In this document: positions 48,294 through 60,901 of the stretch, one piece after another
Numbering within the stretch: position 1 is the first letter of the stretch
Layout of the letters: every line of letters begins with the position of its first letter
Assembly (NCBI GenBank): GCA_030390025.1
Contig: JASTWF010000346.1
Span: 62,001 to 126,000 of the forward strand
Source of the DNA: Squalus acanthias
Taxonomy: Eukaryota
Length of the DNA stretch: 64,000 nt
Reading direction: 5' to 3'
The notes under the pieces: model-generated
Databases searched by the model: none
Seen by the model: only the letters and a program-made list of their open reading frames with translations
What the model was told of the DNA's origin: nothing
Made by a program: the position numbers and the translations under genes

Positions 48294-50318
48294 CTCTTTT
48301 TGATTGGGTACCAAACCAAATAACTAAATCAATAAAACTTTAAATAAACCTTAACAAACTAAATTAAAACTTGGTAGCCCGGGGTGACGATGCACTCCAG
48401 TCCCCGCGGCGCCCACCGGTCGCGGAAAAACTCAAGCGTGCCGGCAGACACCGCGTGCTCCATCTCCAGGGCCACCCGGGCGCGAACATGGCCGCGGAAG
48501 AGAGGCAGGCAATCGGGCCGAACGACCCCCTCGACCGCCCGCTGCCTGGACCAATTAATGGCTTTTTTAGCCAGGCCCAGGAGCAGTCCCACGAGGAGGT
48601 CCTCCGACCTGCCCGCTCCCATTCGCACCGGGTCACCGTAGATCAGGAGCGTGGGGCTGAAGTGCAACCAAAAATTGAGGAGCAGCCCCTTCAAATAATG
48701 AAAGAGGGGCTGCAACCGCTCACATTCTATATAAATGTGAAAGACGGACTCCTCCAGTCCGCAAAAATGGCAAGCAGCCTGGGAGTCCGTGAACCTATTT
48801 AAAACCCTGTTGCACGGGACTGCTCCATGCAACACCCTCCAGGCCAAGTCCCCAATAGAACAAGGGAAGACTCCCGCGTAGAGAGCCTCCATTGGGGACC
48901 TTCGCCTCCGCCGGACGGCAGGATGGCACGCCAAGGCGTGTCCGGACGGCAGACGAAGATGGCAAAGTGGAGAGTGTGCAGGAGCAGCCTGTACAGGAAA
49001 CGCCTCCGTGTGGAATGAAAGGGCACGGAGGGCATTTCCCCGAGAAGGCTCAAGTGGTGAGGCGGCGGCTCCCGAGGTAGGATTCGGGGCCGCGCGCCAA
49101 TGAGGAATTCCGTCCGAACGGAGGTCAGTTCGGACGGGATCGCCCACGTGCTTGAGCCTCCTCGATACACCTAGTGGAGTCGGGGCCCAGTGCCACTTTT
49201 AGTGACTCGATGGCTTTGACCGCGAGCCGGACGTTGACCCAGGACAGGCGCTGCGCCAGCTCCTCCGGCGCCATCCAGCCCGCTCCTCCGCCATCGAGCA
49301 GGTCCCCGACTCAAGTCACCTTACCGGGCACAGCCCTGCCCTCCGCCAGCCACCCGAACCCGCGGTCGTGGAGGTGCGGATTCCTGAACAGCGGCTCCCG
49401 AAGGACGGCCGCCGCTCCTGACGGGGGAGAACTGCGCTCGGAGGTGACGCTGTTCCAAACCCATAGCAGTTCCTGGTAGAAGACAGGCAGCTCCCGCAGG
49501 CAGGCACGTGTGCCGCCCACTCTCACAAACAGGAGCTGCGTGTCGTAATTGAGGCCGTGCAGCTGGCGGAAGAAATACGTCGCCAGCGCACGCCATCTAG
49601 GAGGATTCTCCACGTACAGGTATCTCTGCAGCGTCTGAAGACGGAAAGTCGCCGCCTGGGTGTGAAGGCACACCAGCGCCTGACCGCCCTCCCTAAGCGG
49701 GAGACTCAGAACCGCGGCAGAGACCCAGTGCTTCCTTTTGTCCCAGAAGAAGTCGACGAGCTTCTTCTGCATCTTGGCGACAAACGCAGGGGGAGGGATC
49801 AAAGTGACCAACCGGTACCACAACATGGCGGCCACCAGCTGGTTTATGACCAGCGCTCGACCCCTGTAGGACAGCACTCGGAACAGTCCTGTCCAGCGCC
49901 CTAGGCGAGCGGTGACTTTGGCCTCCAGCTCTTGCCAGTTCGCCGGCCAGGCGTCCTCGGTGGGGCTGAGGTAGACTCCCAAGTAGAGGAGGTGCGTTGT
50001 GCTCCAGGCGAAGGGCCTGAACTCCTCCGGCAGGGAGTCCACCCGCCATGGGCCCACCAGGAGTCCAGAACATTTCTCCCAGTTGATCTTGGCGGAGGAT
50101 GCGTCCGAGTAAATCTGCTGGCATTCTCGCATCCTCCGCAAGTCGACGGGATCCGTGACCGCGAGGAGCACGTCATCGGTGTAAGCCGAGAGGACCACCT
50201 CCACGCCCGGCCCTTGCAGAGCCAGTCCCGTCAACCTCTTCCGCAAGAGGCGCAGGAAAGGCTCCACGCAAACGGCGTATAACTGACTGGACATGGGGCA
50301 TCCCTGACGCACCCCCCT
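48294..50318 (-). mobile_element. 5'-truncated Tx1-clade LINE (RT C-terminal half plus Zn-binding region)
   Basis: RGVRQGCPMSSQLY, SAYTDD and CHFCGLEESVFHIYIEC motifs; AAAAAGAG 3' end. Confidence 0.92.
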
Positions 50319-50401
50319 AAATTGTATATTTTGTAGTGCGATTCATGAAACTTCTTTAATTTCAAAGGTTTACCGATATACTTCAGTAAGAGTTTAAACT
50401 T

Positions 50402-50472
50402 TGCATTGGCTGGGAATCGAACCCGGGTCTCCAGCATGGCAGGCGAGAATTCTACCCCTGAACCACCAATAC
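50402..50472 (-). tRNA. tRNA-Gly(GCC) copy, probably a retroposed pseudogene
   Basis: 71 nt GTATTGGTGGTTCAGGGGTAGAATTCTCGCCTGCCATGCTGGAGACCCGGGTTCGATTCCCAGCCAATGCA; about 6 differences from the vertebrate Gly-GCC sequence as I recall it, some in stems. Confidence 0.88.
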
Positions 50473-51299
50473 TCACCACCAAATGGGTGTAAGTGGGTCC
50501 CAGCAGGAGATCCTGGTTCTCTCCTGATGCCTGTGGGCTGCCTTAGACTGTATGCAAAGCAGGTCTATGAAGATTTTGGCAGATGAAACAGCGCTCTTGG
50601 GCCCTTACCGTTTCCCTCCCTGGCTTTGACCATTCCCATCAGTTCACATGGTGGTTTTTCAGGCATGACTGTGGTTGATCTGCTGGAGCTCTGGACATGG
50701 AATTATTGGCCCCCACTGGCATTGTAGCACACAGCTCCTTTGGAATGAAGGTGTGCTGCAGAAAGGAAACAAAGCTGTGTTCTTGCTTAGCGGGAAATCT
50801 GCTTGAGGGTCCAGCTAATGGGCAGTTGTAATGGGGCCACACCTTGTATGAAGGAATAGTAGCAATGTATGGAAAGGTGCCTGCACTTGTGTTGGCTCTT
50901 CTTTTGATGAAGAGAGAAAGATAATGTTATGTGGCAGTTTACTGCTGACCTTCCAGAGTTTCTCTGGTCTCTCTCTCTCTCTCTGATAGTTTCTGATAGA
51001 GGAGCACTAGGGTCTGTTAACATGGGGGTGGGATTGGATTATAGCAGTGTTGTGAGAGGTAAGGTATTGACAATATTGAGGTGAGGACGACCATGGGGAA
51101 TGTGGCCTGAACTCGCTCAGCCCTTTTGGGAAGGTCAGGTACCCTCTCCCTTATCCCAGTGATGTTCCCGTACCCATTTCGGCAAATACTGTATTCGTGC
51201 ATTTCACACTTTAAAATGAGAAGCAGATAATAACGTCATGGCATCAACAACCCAAAATGATAAATCACGGACTAGCTTGAAATTTAGGTCAATGAATCG

Positions 51300-54200
51300 G
51301 GTTGTACCTCCCCATGGACTTCTTCACTGCTTCCCTCCCTCAGCCTCTGCACCGAGCAACTTCTCATCCTCAGTGATTTCAACCTCCATCTCAATTCATC
51401 TTGTTCTCTCATTTTGAGTTCACTGCCCTCCTATTCTCCCTTAATCTCTCCCTCCATGTAAACTCCCCAACCCATATTCACGGCCACCCCCTCGACCATG
51501 CCATCTCACGTGGCCTCACTACACCCCATTTTTGCACAGTGTGTGCAGGAGGGTTTCCTGACACAATATGTGGATAGGCCGACAAGAGGTGGGGCCACAT
51601 TGGATTTGGTACTGGGTAATGAACCGGGCCAAGTGTTTGATTTGTATGTGGGAGAGCACTTTGGAGATAGTGACCACAATTCGGTGACTTTCACTATTGC
51701 AATGGAGAGGGATAGGGCCATACGGCAGGGCAGGGTTTATAATTGGGGGAGGGGTAATTGTGATGCGATTAGGCAAGAATTAGGGAGCATAAGATGGGAA
51801 CAGAAACTATCAGGGAAAGGCACAAACGAAAAGTGGAGCTTTTTCATGGAGCAATTACTGCGTGTCCTCGATAGGTATGTCCCTGTCAGGCAGGGAGGAA
51901 ATGGCTGAGTGAGAGAACCATGGTTCACAAAAGAGGTTGAAAGTCTAGTCAAGAGGAAAAAGGAAGCGTATGTAAGGATGAGAAAACAAGGTTCAGTTGG
52001 GTCGATTGAGGGGTACAACGTAGCAAGGAATGAGCTAAAAAAAGAGCTTAGCAGAGCTAGGAGGGGGCATGAGAAGTCCTTGGCGGGTCGGATCAAGGAA
52101 AACCCCAAGGCTTTTTACTCTTATGTGAGAAATAAAAGAATGACCAGGGTGAGGGTAGGGCCGGTCAAGGACAGTAGTGGGAACTTGTGCATGGAGTCAG
52201 AAGAGATAGGAGAGGTGATGAATGAATACTTTTCGTCAGTGTTCACCGAGGAGAGGGGCCATGTTTTTGAGGATGAGAGTGTGATAAAGGTGGATAGGCT
52301 GGAGGAGGTAGATGTTCTGAGGGAAGATGTTTTAGCAATTTTGAAGAACCTGAGGGTCGATAAGTCCCCTGGGCCAGATGGGATATATCCTAGGATTCTT
52401 TGGGAGGCAAGGGAGGAGATTGCAGAGCCTTTGGCTTTGATCTTTGGGTCCTCACTGTCCACGGGGATGGTGCCAGAGGACTGGAGAGTGGCGAATGTTG
52501 TTCCTCTCTTCAAGAAAGGAAATAGGAATGACCCTGGTAATTATAGGCCGGTTAGTCTTACTTCGGTGGTTGGTAAGATAATGGAAAAGGTCCTGAGGGA
52601 TAGGATTTATGACCATTTGGAAAGAGGCAACTTAATCCGGGATAGTCAACACGGATTCGTGAAGGGTAAGTCTTGCCTAACAAATTTGATTGAATTCTTT
52701 GAGGAGGTAACTAAGTGTGTAGATGAAGGTAGAGCAGTTGATGTCGTATACATGGATTTTAGTAAGGCGTTTGATAAGGTTCCCCATGGTCGGCTCACGA
52801 AGAAAGTAAGGAGTTGTGGGATAGAGGGAAATTTGGCCGATTGGATAAGTAACTGGCTATCTCATAGAAGTCATCTCATAGAAGGCAGAGGGTGGTGGTG
52901 GATGGAAAATTTTCGGACTGGAGACCAGTTACCAGCGGTGTGCCACAGGGGTCGGTGCTGGGTCCTCTGCTGTTTGTGATTTTTATCAATGACTTGGAGG
53001 AGGGGACTGAAGGGTGGATCAGTAAATTTGCTGATGACACCAAGATTGGTGGAGTAGTGGATGAGGTGGAGGGCTGTTGTAGGCTGCAAAGAGACATTGA
53101 TAGGATGCAGAGCTGGGCCGAAAAATGGCAGATGGAATTTAATCCTGATAAGTGCGAGGTGATTCATTTTGGTAGGGCAAATTTGAATAAGGATTACAGG
53201 GTCAATGGCAGGGTTCTGAGGAACGTGGAGGAACAGAGGGATCTGGGGGTTCATATACACAGATCTCTGAAGGTTGCCACTCAAGTGGATAGAGCAGTAA
53301 AGAAGGCCTATAGTGTGTTAGCATTTATTAACAAGGGGTTTGAGTTTAAGAACCGTGAGGTTATGCTGCAACTGTACAGGAGCTTGGTGAGACCACATTT
53401 GGAATATTGTGTGCAGTTCTGGTCACCTCACTATAGGAAGGACGTGGAAGCATTGGAAAGAGTGCAAAGGAGATTTACCAGGATGCTGCCTGGTTTGGGG
53501 GGGGGGGAGGTCTTATGAGGAAAGATTGAGGGAGCTAGGGCTTTTCTCTTTAGAGCGGAGGAGGATGAGAGGCGACTTAATAGAGGTTTATAAGATGATG
53601 AGGGGGATAGATAGAGTGGATGTTCAGAGACTATTTCCTCGGGTGGATGTAGCTGTTAAAAGGGGGCATAACTATAAGGTGCATGGGGGGAGATATAGAA
53701 GGGATGTCCGAGGTAGATTCTTTACTCAGAGTGGTTGGGGTGTGGAATGGACTGCCTGCTGTGATAGTGGAGTCGGACACTTTCGGAACTTTCAAGCGGT
53801 TATTGGATAAGCACATGGAGCACACCAGAATGATAGGGAGTGGGATAGCTTGATCTTGGTTTCGGACAATGCTCGGCACAACATCGAGGGCCGAAGGGCC
53901 TGTACTGTTCTATGTTCTATGTTCTATGTGTCAATCACAGATGGGCCATCTCTGATCACTTCCTTGTATTGCTCTCCACCCACATCCTTTTCCCCCTCCC
54001 AACCCTACTTCCTTCTGTGTCCGCTCCTGGGGAAAAAAAACTCTCTCAATTCACTTACAACTGCACTTTCAAAATCCCAACTGTCTAGCCTTTGACCCTG
54101 CATTGACCACGACATTTCTGCAGCTGCCGATCTGCTCAACCATACCCTCACCACCACCTTTGATGCCCTAGTCCCCATTACAAACATTACTCTTTCTCAC

Positions 54201-54660
54201 CCTGGCTGTTCCCAAGTCCTGTTCACCCATCACCCCTGTGCTCGCTGACCTACATTGGCTCCCGGTCCGGCAACGCCTCAATTTTAAAATTCTCATCCTT
54301 GTTTTCAAATCCCTCCAAGGCCTCGCCCCTCTCTATCTGTCTAATCTCCTCCAGCCCCACAACCTACCGAGATATCTGCGCTCCTCTAATTCTAGCCTCT
54401 TGCACATCCCCGATTTTAATCGCTTAGCTATTGGTGTCCGTGCCTTCAGCTGCCTAACTCTGGAATTCCCTCCCTAAACCTCGCCACCTCTCTACCTCTC
54501 TTTCCTCCTTTAAGATGCTCCTTAAAACCTACCTCTTTCTGCCCTAATATCTCATTTTGTGGCTCAGTGTCAAATTTTGTTTGATAACGCTCCTGTGAAG
54601 CGCCTTGGGATGTTTTGCTATGTTAAAGGCACTGTTTAAATAAAAGTTGTTGTTTTGTTG
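51300..54660 (+). mobile_element. L2 fragments interrupted by a CR1
   Basis: DFNLHL/HGHPLD endonuclease piece; LADLHWLPVRQRLNFKIL C-terminus; (TTG)n tail. Confidence 0.8.
51530..53928 (+). mobile_element. CR1 ORF2, 5'-truncated
   Basis: ORFs 51909-52979 and 52892-53518 with RT motifs; (TTCTATG)n tail. Confidence 0.93.
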
Positions 54661-55065
54661 GACTGTGAAAGCTTAAGAATAGTTGAGACAAACTAGTGTG
54701 GGGTCTGCATATCAAGTGGGGAGGCTGGAGATCAGGGCTGAGGGAGGCCAGAGACTTCTTTGAGGGGCCTGGGGGCGCACTCCTGCTCCTCCAGGCCCAC
54801 AGGGAGTGCTAAAAGAGCCACTTACCTTGGGGAGCCGGCAGTTTCAATGAAACTGAAAGTTGGACGGGGCATATAGCGGGCGGCCGATTCAACAATGCTC
54901 GCTTTGCGCTACTGCCTAAGACGAGTTTCTACCCCATCAACACTCTACAATGAATTCCCTTTTTAAAAAAAAGTTTGGTTTGAGTCTACCTGTAGTTTTG
55001 TGGCCTGGCCACCAGGTGGCATCAATTCTACCTCCTCAATATCCTGTCTGGCAGACATGTTGATA

Positions 55066-55801
55066 AAGGTGAATTTTCGTCGGCACTGAATTTGCGGTCA
55101 GAGGCGCAGCAGCAGCAGAATAGGCCTCCGAACCGGAAAAATAAATCCGAACGTACCTGGTGTCTCCGGAGCTTCGGACTCTTCGGGTCCTGGGCCTGCA
55201 GACGTACGCCTGAGTAAAGGCCCACGGATCCCAGGGGCGCACGCGGGCCCGGTCGACCAATCAAAAAGAGGTTTCCGAGGATGCTGCTGGGGATTCCATT
55301 TACGTACGGAATCCCCATAAACATATTGAAATCCCCAAGTAAATAAGAATTCACACCACTTAAATAAAAATAAATGATCACATGTTCAAAATTAATTAAA
55401 AGACCCATTAATTAACCATTTAAAATAATTAAATTTTTTGAAAAATAAATTCAAACCTTTTAAAATGGGCTAAAATTTGCCTGAACTAATTTTAAATGTA
55501 TGTGTATGTTATAATCATTTAAATTTTTTATTTTAAACCTTACGCTGGTAAAAGTAGGCCTTGTGCCTGCTTTTAACAGGCTTAAGGGTTTCGTGGTCAT
55601 TCACTGGGCATTAGTTGGGCAAATAGCCCAACTCTGCACCAGTGAAAGTGTTTTTGCAGCGGATGCGAAGGATCTGTCAATGGGAAACATGACAGATCAC
55701 AAGTTCTGGGTTTTTGCACAGCGCATGCGGAAACCGGGAACTTGCTGGGCCATTCTGAGCACTTCTGACAGGAACGCACACCGTCCCTTGAAATCCGGGC
55801 C
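55066..55801. mobile_element. Probable old MITE (Harbinger-like)
   Basis: GC-rich arms around an AT-rich core; degenerate TIRs; boundaries uncertain. Confidence 0.4.
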
Positions 55802-55982
55802 GTTACTTTTCCCAGATCCTGAGTATGTTTAACTTTGCATTAATCACCCAGCAGACAATCCCCAGACCTAAATAAAATAGCAAGCAGCCCATGGCATTGT
55901 TCATTTACCTCCTGCTTTCATCCCTTGATCACTGGCCTTCAAGCACTTAGCATTAAGCAAACTCTCCTTCTGCAAATTTGGT

Positions 55983-56151
55983 GGGTTAGAAATTCATTTG
56001 GCCCGTAGCGCAAAACAGGGTGTATCGCGTCGGCTGCCTGTTATACACGCCGCCCAATATTCAGTACCATTGCAGTGAATGAGTTTAAATATCAGGCGGA
56101 CGATCCCATACCGCCCGTTTTGTGCCACTGCCCGAGACGAGTTTCTACGCC
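55983..56151. mobile_element. Short Harbinger-type MITE
   Basis: GGGTTAGAAATTC / GAGTTTCTACGCC; imperfect TSD GGT/TGT. Confidence 0.65.
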
Positions 56152-56610
56152 TGTCACTTTTAGTTTAGAGCTCTGTATCCAGCTTCATCCTTGTCGTACT
56201 TTTCACAGTCCTTGGAAATTTCACCACCCAATTGTTTTCTTTAGCACTCAATCCCACCCACGTCCCATCCCCAATGGCCAAGCTGCATACAGTTCAGGAA
56301 AAGGTCCCTGAGACATTATGGTGGTTCCACTGGGGGAGACATAGAACACTAATGGTGCTCTATAATATTTACAAGCCCTGGAAGATCGACATGTAAATAT
56401 ATGTTAAAATCTACCAAATTAATCATTTCAATTTGTTGATACTAAATCAGAATCAGTAACTGCTGAGTTCATATTCTTTTACAGGTACATTTCTGGAGGA
56501 ATTGTATATTGTACTGGATATTTTAAATAATCAGCTACCTTAAATGCATTTTTCCTTCTGTAGATTACAGGAATAATCGATTTTTATTTTTAAATGTTAT
56601 TGTTCACCAG

Positions 56611-56958
56611 GTAAATTCCTCGTACTTGGACCTGATGATCCTATTGTAGCTATTGCAGGTGAAGATGTTGTATTGGAATGTCAGCTGGTGCCAGACATAT
56701 CCGCCAGCAACATGGTGGTGCGATGGCTTAAATCAGGTCTTGATTCACCAGTACACGTGTACAGAAACGGAGAAGATGACACTGTTGCTCAACACAAAGA
56801 TTACAGAGCAAGGACTGAACTGTTTAAAGATGAACTGACCAAAGGGAACGTTTCTCTTAGAATAAAGAACGCAAGAATATTTGATGAAGGGAAATATACA
56901 TGTTTTGTTGATGACAAAACCGATTATGAAGAAACTATAGTTACACTGAAAGTTCTAG
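56611..56958 (+). CDS. IgV-domain exon of a butyrophilin/MOG/B7-family protein
   Basis: 348-bp phase 1-1 exon (ttcaccag|...CTAG|gttagt) encoding GKFLVLGPDDPIVAIAGEDVVLECQL...MVVRW...PVHVYRNGED...YRARTELFKDELTKGNVSLRIKNARIFDEGKYTCFV...LKVLG. Has the canonical Ig Cys/Trp/DxGxYxC and BTN-type motifs; no stops. Confidence 0.93.
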
Positions 56959-57539
56959 GTTAGTAAATATCTACTTGCACATTAATAACTTAGGAGAAGT
57001 GATATGTTTATGCCTTTTTAAACCCCTGTTTAAATTGCAAATAGTTTTAAAATAGGTTTCTTTAGCAGTTGGTGTAATATTCGATATACTTGTTCGTGTC
57101 ACACTCCCATGCTCCCAGTAGTGAAGCTGCACTCAAAAGGGATGGGGCAGATGGGGCAATAACGTTCTTGGGGTTATGAAATTATCCCTGTAGTAATAGT
57201 TGATTTTGCAATAGTAAATTTCATGAGGGATACATTTTCAGCATTGGCTTGTAAAAAAAAAATATTCAAAATTACAGAAACTAAAGGATGTTCAAATTAA
57301 GGACATTTGTTTATAATGGCTTAATTAAGAACATACTGCTGGTAACATTCATTTTTTAATTTATGATTTAATACATTTCCTTAAAAGTAATTTAAGTCAA
57401 CGGAGAGTAATATTGGGCGGGGTGAAAAACCAGTGTTTCACCCAATCCCATGGATTTCCGGCCTGGCGAGTTAGGTTAAAATTACACCCACCGTCTTTGG
57501 CCCCCACCACAAAACAACGTTCATTGGAAACCGATTCCA

Positions 57540-58084
57540 TGTCCTTCTCAGGCTGAACCAGACTGTTTGCAACCTTGGCCTCCTATTTGACCCTTAGCTG
57601 ACCTTCTGACCCCATATCCTCTCGATCACCAAGACCGCTGACTTCCACCTCTGTAATATCGCCCATCTCTGCACCTACTTCAGCCCATCTGCTGCTGAAA
57701 CCCACATCCATGCTTCTGTTACCTCCAGACTCAACTATTCCAATGTTCTCCTGGCTGGCCACCCAGCTTCCACCCTCCATAAACTTAAGTTCATCCAATA
57801 CTCTGCTGCCCGTATCATAACTCTTACTAAGTCCCGTTCACCTATCACCCCTGTGGTCTCTGATCTACTTGATCCCCGAACAACTTGATTTAAAAATTCT
57901 CATCCTCATGTTCAAATTCCTCCATGGCTTCACCCCTCCCTATCTGTGTAACCTCCTCCAGCCCTACATCCCTCCAAGAACTCTGTGTTCCTCCAACTCT
58001 GGCCTTGACCATCCGCCACTACCTTCATCGCCCCACCATTGGTGGCCATGTCTTCAGCTGTCTCGGCCCTAAGCTGTGGAATTC
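57540..58084 (+). mobile_element. L2 3' fragment (continues at 58881 and ~60030)
   Basis: SRLNYSNVLLAG and LKILILMFK motifs. Confidence 0.8.
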
Positions 58085-58874
58085 ATAGGATTACACAGGA
58101 TATGCAGCACAGAAACAGGCCCTTCGGACCAACCAGTCCATGCCGGCATTTATGCTCCACTCGAGCCTCCTCCCGTCTTTCCTCATCTAACTCTATCCGC
58201 ATAACCCTCTATTCCCTTCTTCCTCATATGCTTATCTAACCGCCCCTTAAATGCATCTATACTATTTGCTTCAACCACTCCCTGTGGTAGCGAGTTCCAC
58301 ATTCTCACCACTCTCTGAGTAAAGAAGTTTCTTCTGAATTCCCTATTTGATTCTTGGTGACTATCTTATATTGATGGCCTCTAGTTTTGCTCTTCCCCAC
58401 AAGTGGAAAAATTCTCTGTATCTATACAATCAAAACCTTTCATGATTTTAAAGATCTCTATTAAATCACCCCTCAGCCTTCTTTTCTAGAGAAAAGAGAC
58501 CCAGCCTGTTCATCCTTTCCTTTTCATTTCTGGTATCATCCTTGTAAATCTTCTCTGCACCCTCTCCAGTGCCTCTATATCCTTTTTATAATATAGCGGC
58601 CAGAATTGTACGCAGTACTCCATGTGGTCTAACCAAGGTTCGATACAAGCTTAGCATAACTTCACTACTTTTCAATTCTATCCCCCTAGAAATAAACCCT
58701 AGTGCTTGTTTTTTTTTTATGGCCTTGTTAACCTGTGTCGATACTTTGTGATTTGTGTATTTGTACTCTGAGATCCCTTTGCTCCTCTACCCCATTTAGA
58801 TTCTTATTTTCCAAGTAATACGTGATCTCCCTATTTTCCTTACCAAAATGAAGTATCTCACATTTATCTGTGTT
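58085..58874 (-). mobile_element. CR1 3' fragment
   Basis: CR1 tail and RT C-terminus; flanked by GAATTC direct repeats. Confidence 0.85.
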
Positions 58875-58910
58875 GAATTCCCTCCCTAAACCTCTCCACC
58901 TCCCTCTCCA

Positions 58911-60028
58911 GTGTCAGCTGTGGCTCAGTGGGTAGCACTCTCTGCCTCTGAGTCAGAAGGTTGTGGGTTCAAGTCCCACTCCAGAGCTTGAGCATAAAAA
59001 TCTAGGCTGACACTCCAGTCGTCGTCTTCTTAGGCAGTCCCTCGGAACCAAAGATGACTTGCTTCCACATTAAAAATGAGTTCTCGGGTGACTGATGAGT
59101 CCAATGCGGGAGCTACAGTCTCTGTCACAGGTGGGGCAGACGGTGGTTGAAGGGCCGGGTGGGTAGGATGCTTGGGTTGACTTGCGCTTGACTTCCGCTT
59201 GTACTCGGCGAAGAGACTCGAGGTGTTCGGCGCCTTCCAAGATGCTTCTCCTCCACTTTGTGCGGTCTTGGGCCAGGGATTCCCAGGTGTCAGTGGGGAT
59301 GTTGCACTTTTTCCAAGGAGGCTTTGAGGGTGTCCTTGAAGCGTTTCCTCTGCCCACCTGGGGCTCTCTTGCCGTGTCAGAGCTCCGAGTAGAGCGCTTG
59401 TTTTGGGAGTCTCGTATCGGGCATGCGGACGATGTGACCCGTCCATCGGAGCTGATTGAGCGTGGTCAAAGCTTCAATGCTGGGGATGTTGGCCTGAGCA
59501 AGAACACTGATGTTGGTGCGCCTATCCTGCCAATGGATTTGCAGGATCTTGCGGAGGCAGCGTTGGTGGTACCTCTCCAGTGCTTTGAGGTGCCTGCTGT
59601 ACATGGTCCATGTCTCTGAGGCATACAGCAGGGCGGGTTTCACTGCTGCTCTGTAGACCATGAGCTTAGTGCAGTGTTGAGGGAGTGCTACACTGTCGGA
59701 GGTGTCGTCTTTCAGATGAGACGTTAAACCGATGCCCTGTCTGCTCTCTCGGGTGGACGTAAAAGATCCCATGGCACTATTTCGAAGAAGAGCATGGGAG
59801 TTATCCCCGGTGTCCTGGCCAATATTTATCCCTCAACCAACATAACAAAAACAGATTATCTGATCATTATCACATTGCTGTTTGTGGGAGCTTGCTGTGC
59901 GCAAATTGGCTGCCGCGTTTCCTACATTACAACAGTTACTACACTTCAAAAGTACTTCATTGGCTGTAAAGCGCTTTGGGACGTCCGGTGGTCGTGAAAA
60001 GTGCTATATAAATGCAAGTCTTTCTTTT
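58911..60028 (+). mobile_element. Deu-like SINE interrupted by an RTE element
   Basis: Matches 42141-42570 on both sides of the insertion. Confidence 0.85.
59020..59667 (-). mobile_element. RTE-clade LINE 3' fragment
   Basis: LLYASETWT...CLRKILQIHWQD...LRWTGHIVRMPDTRLPKQ; C2H2-like end; GAC-repeat tail; TSD AGT. Confidence 0.88.
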
Positions 60029-60169
60029 TTAAGACTCTCCTTAAAATCTACCTCTTTAACCAACTGTCCAAACGTCGTCTTCTTTGGATCGGTGTCAATT
60101 TTTGTCTGATTACGCTCCTGTGAAGTGCCTTGGGATGTTTCACTATTAAAGGCGCTATATAAATGTAAG

Positions 60170-60901
60170 GGGGGAAAAATTCAGCTGCTTGCGCCTCCCG
60201 TTAGCGCCTTAAGAGGGCGCTAATGGGGCGTAAAGCAGCTAACGGCCGGGTCGCAGCGCCGCCCACGCCTCCCGTAAAATTCAGCGGGAGGTTAGCGGCG
60301 GCGCCAGCCGGTAGCGTCCTGTGGCGCTGCGCCGCCGGCGATGACGTCATCGCCGTGCGCAGCACCCCGCTCGCGCTCCAGCCGCGATCTTCAGTCGCGC
60401 CCCCTGATTTACCGCCAGACGCTATGTCCGACGGGTTCAGGGAGGCGTACGTGCGGCCGGGGCGGCGATATTTAAAGGGGAGGTGGCAGGCGGCCATTTT
60501 TGTTGCTGGCCGCCTGCCAGCACCTGCCCCCGGCCCCCGTGAAGCCCCCCCACCGTGAAGTGCCGGCTGCGCTCCAAGAGCCCGGCACTTCTCTTGAGTG
60601 CCGGGCTCTTTTGCTGGCACTCCCGATCCCTGGGGGCCCAGCTGGGCCCCGGTTCGCGCTGCGCAGGGTCCCTCCCCTTTAAGAAGGGGAGGAAGGCCTG
60701 CAATACCGCGGCACGTAGCGCCAGGATATTCCCTCGCAGCGCCCCAAGAGGGATGCGGGGTGCTTCCAGTGGCGCCCCGCTTCCCTCTTGGGGCGCAACC
60801 ACTGAAGTTCCGGCGCGGGGCCGCTAATTTTTTCGGGGCGCTAAAAGTCGCGCCCCGGCGAGGTTAGCGCCCCAAATGGGGCGCGACTCAATTTTTACCC
60901 C
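60170..60901. mobile_element. PIF/Harbinger-type MITE
   Basis: TIRs GGGGGAAAAATTC / CAATTTTTACCCC; TSD AAG. Confidence 0.9.

Noticed and set aside
50402..50472. Functional tRNA-Gly gene
   Set aside because: Stem-disrupting substitutions, no T4 terminator, and it lies inside a TSD-bounded retro-insertion.
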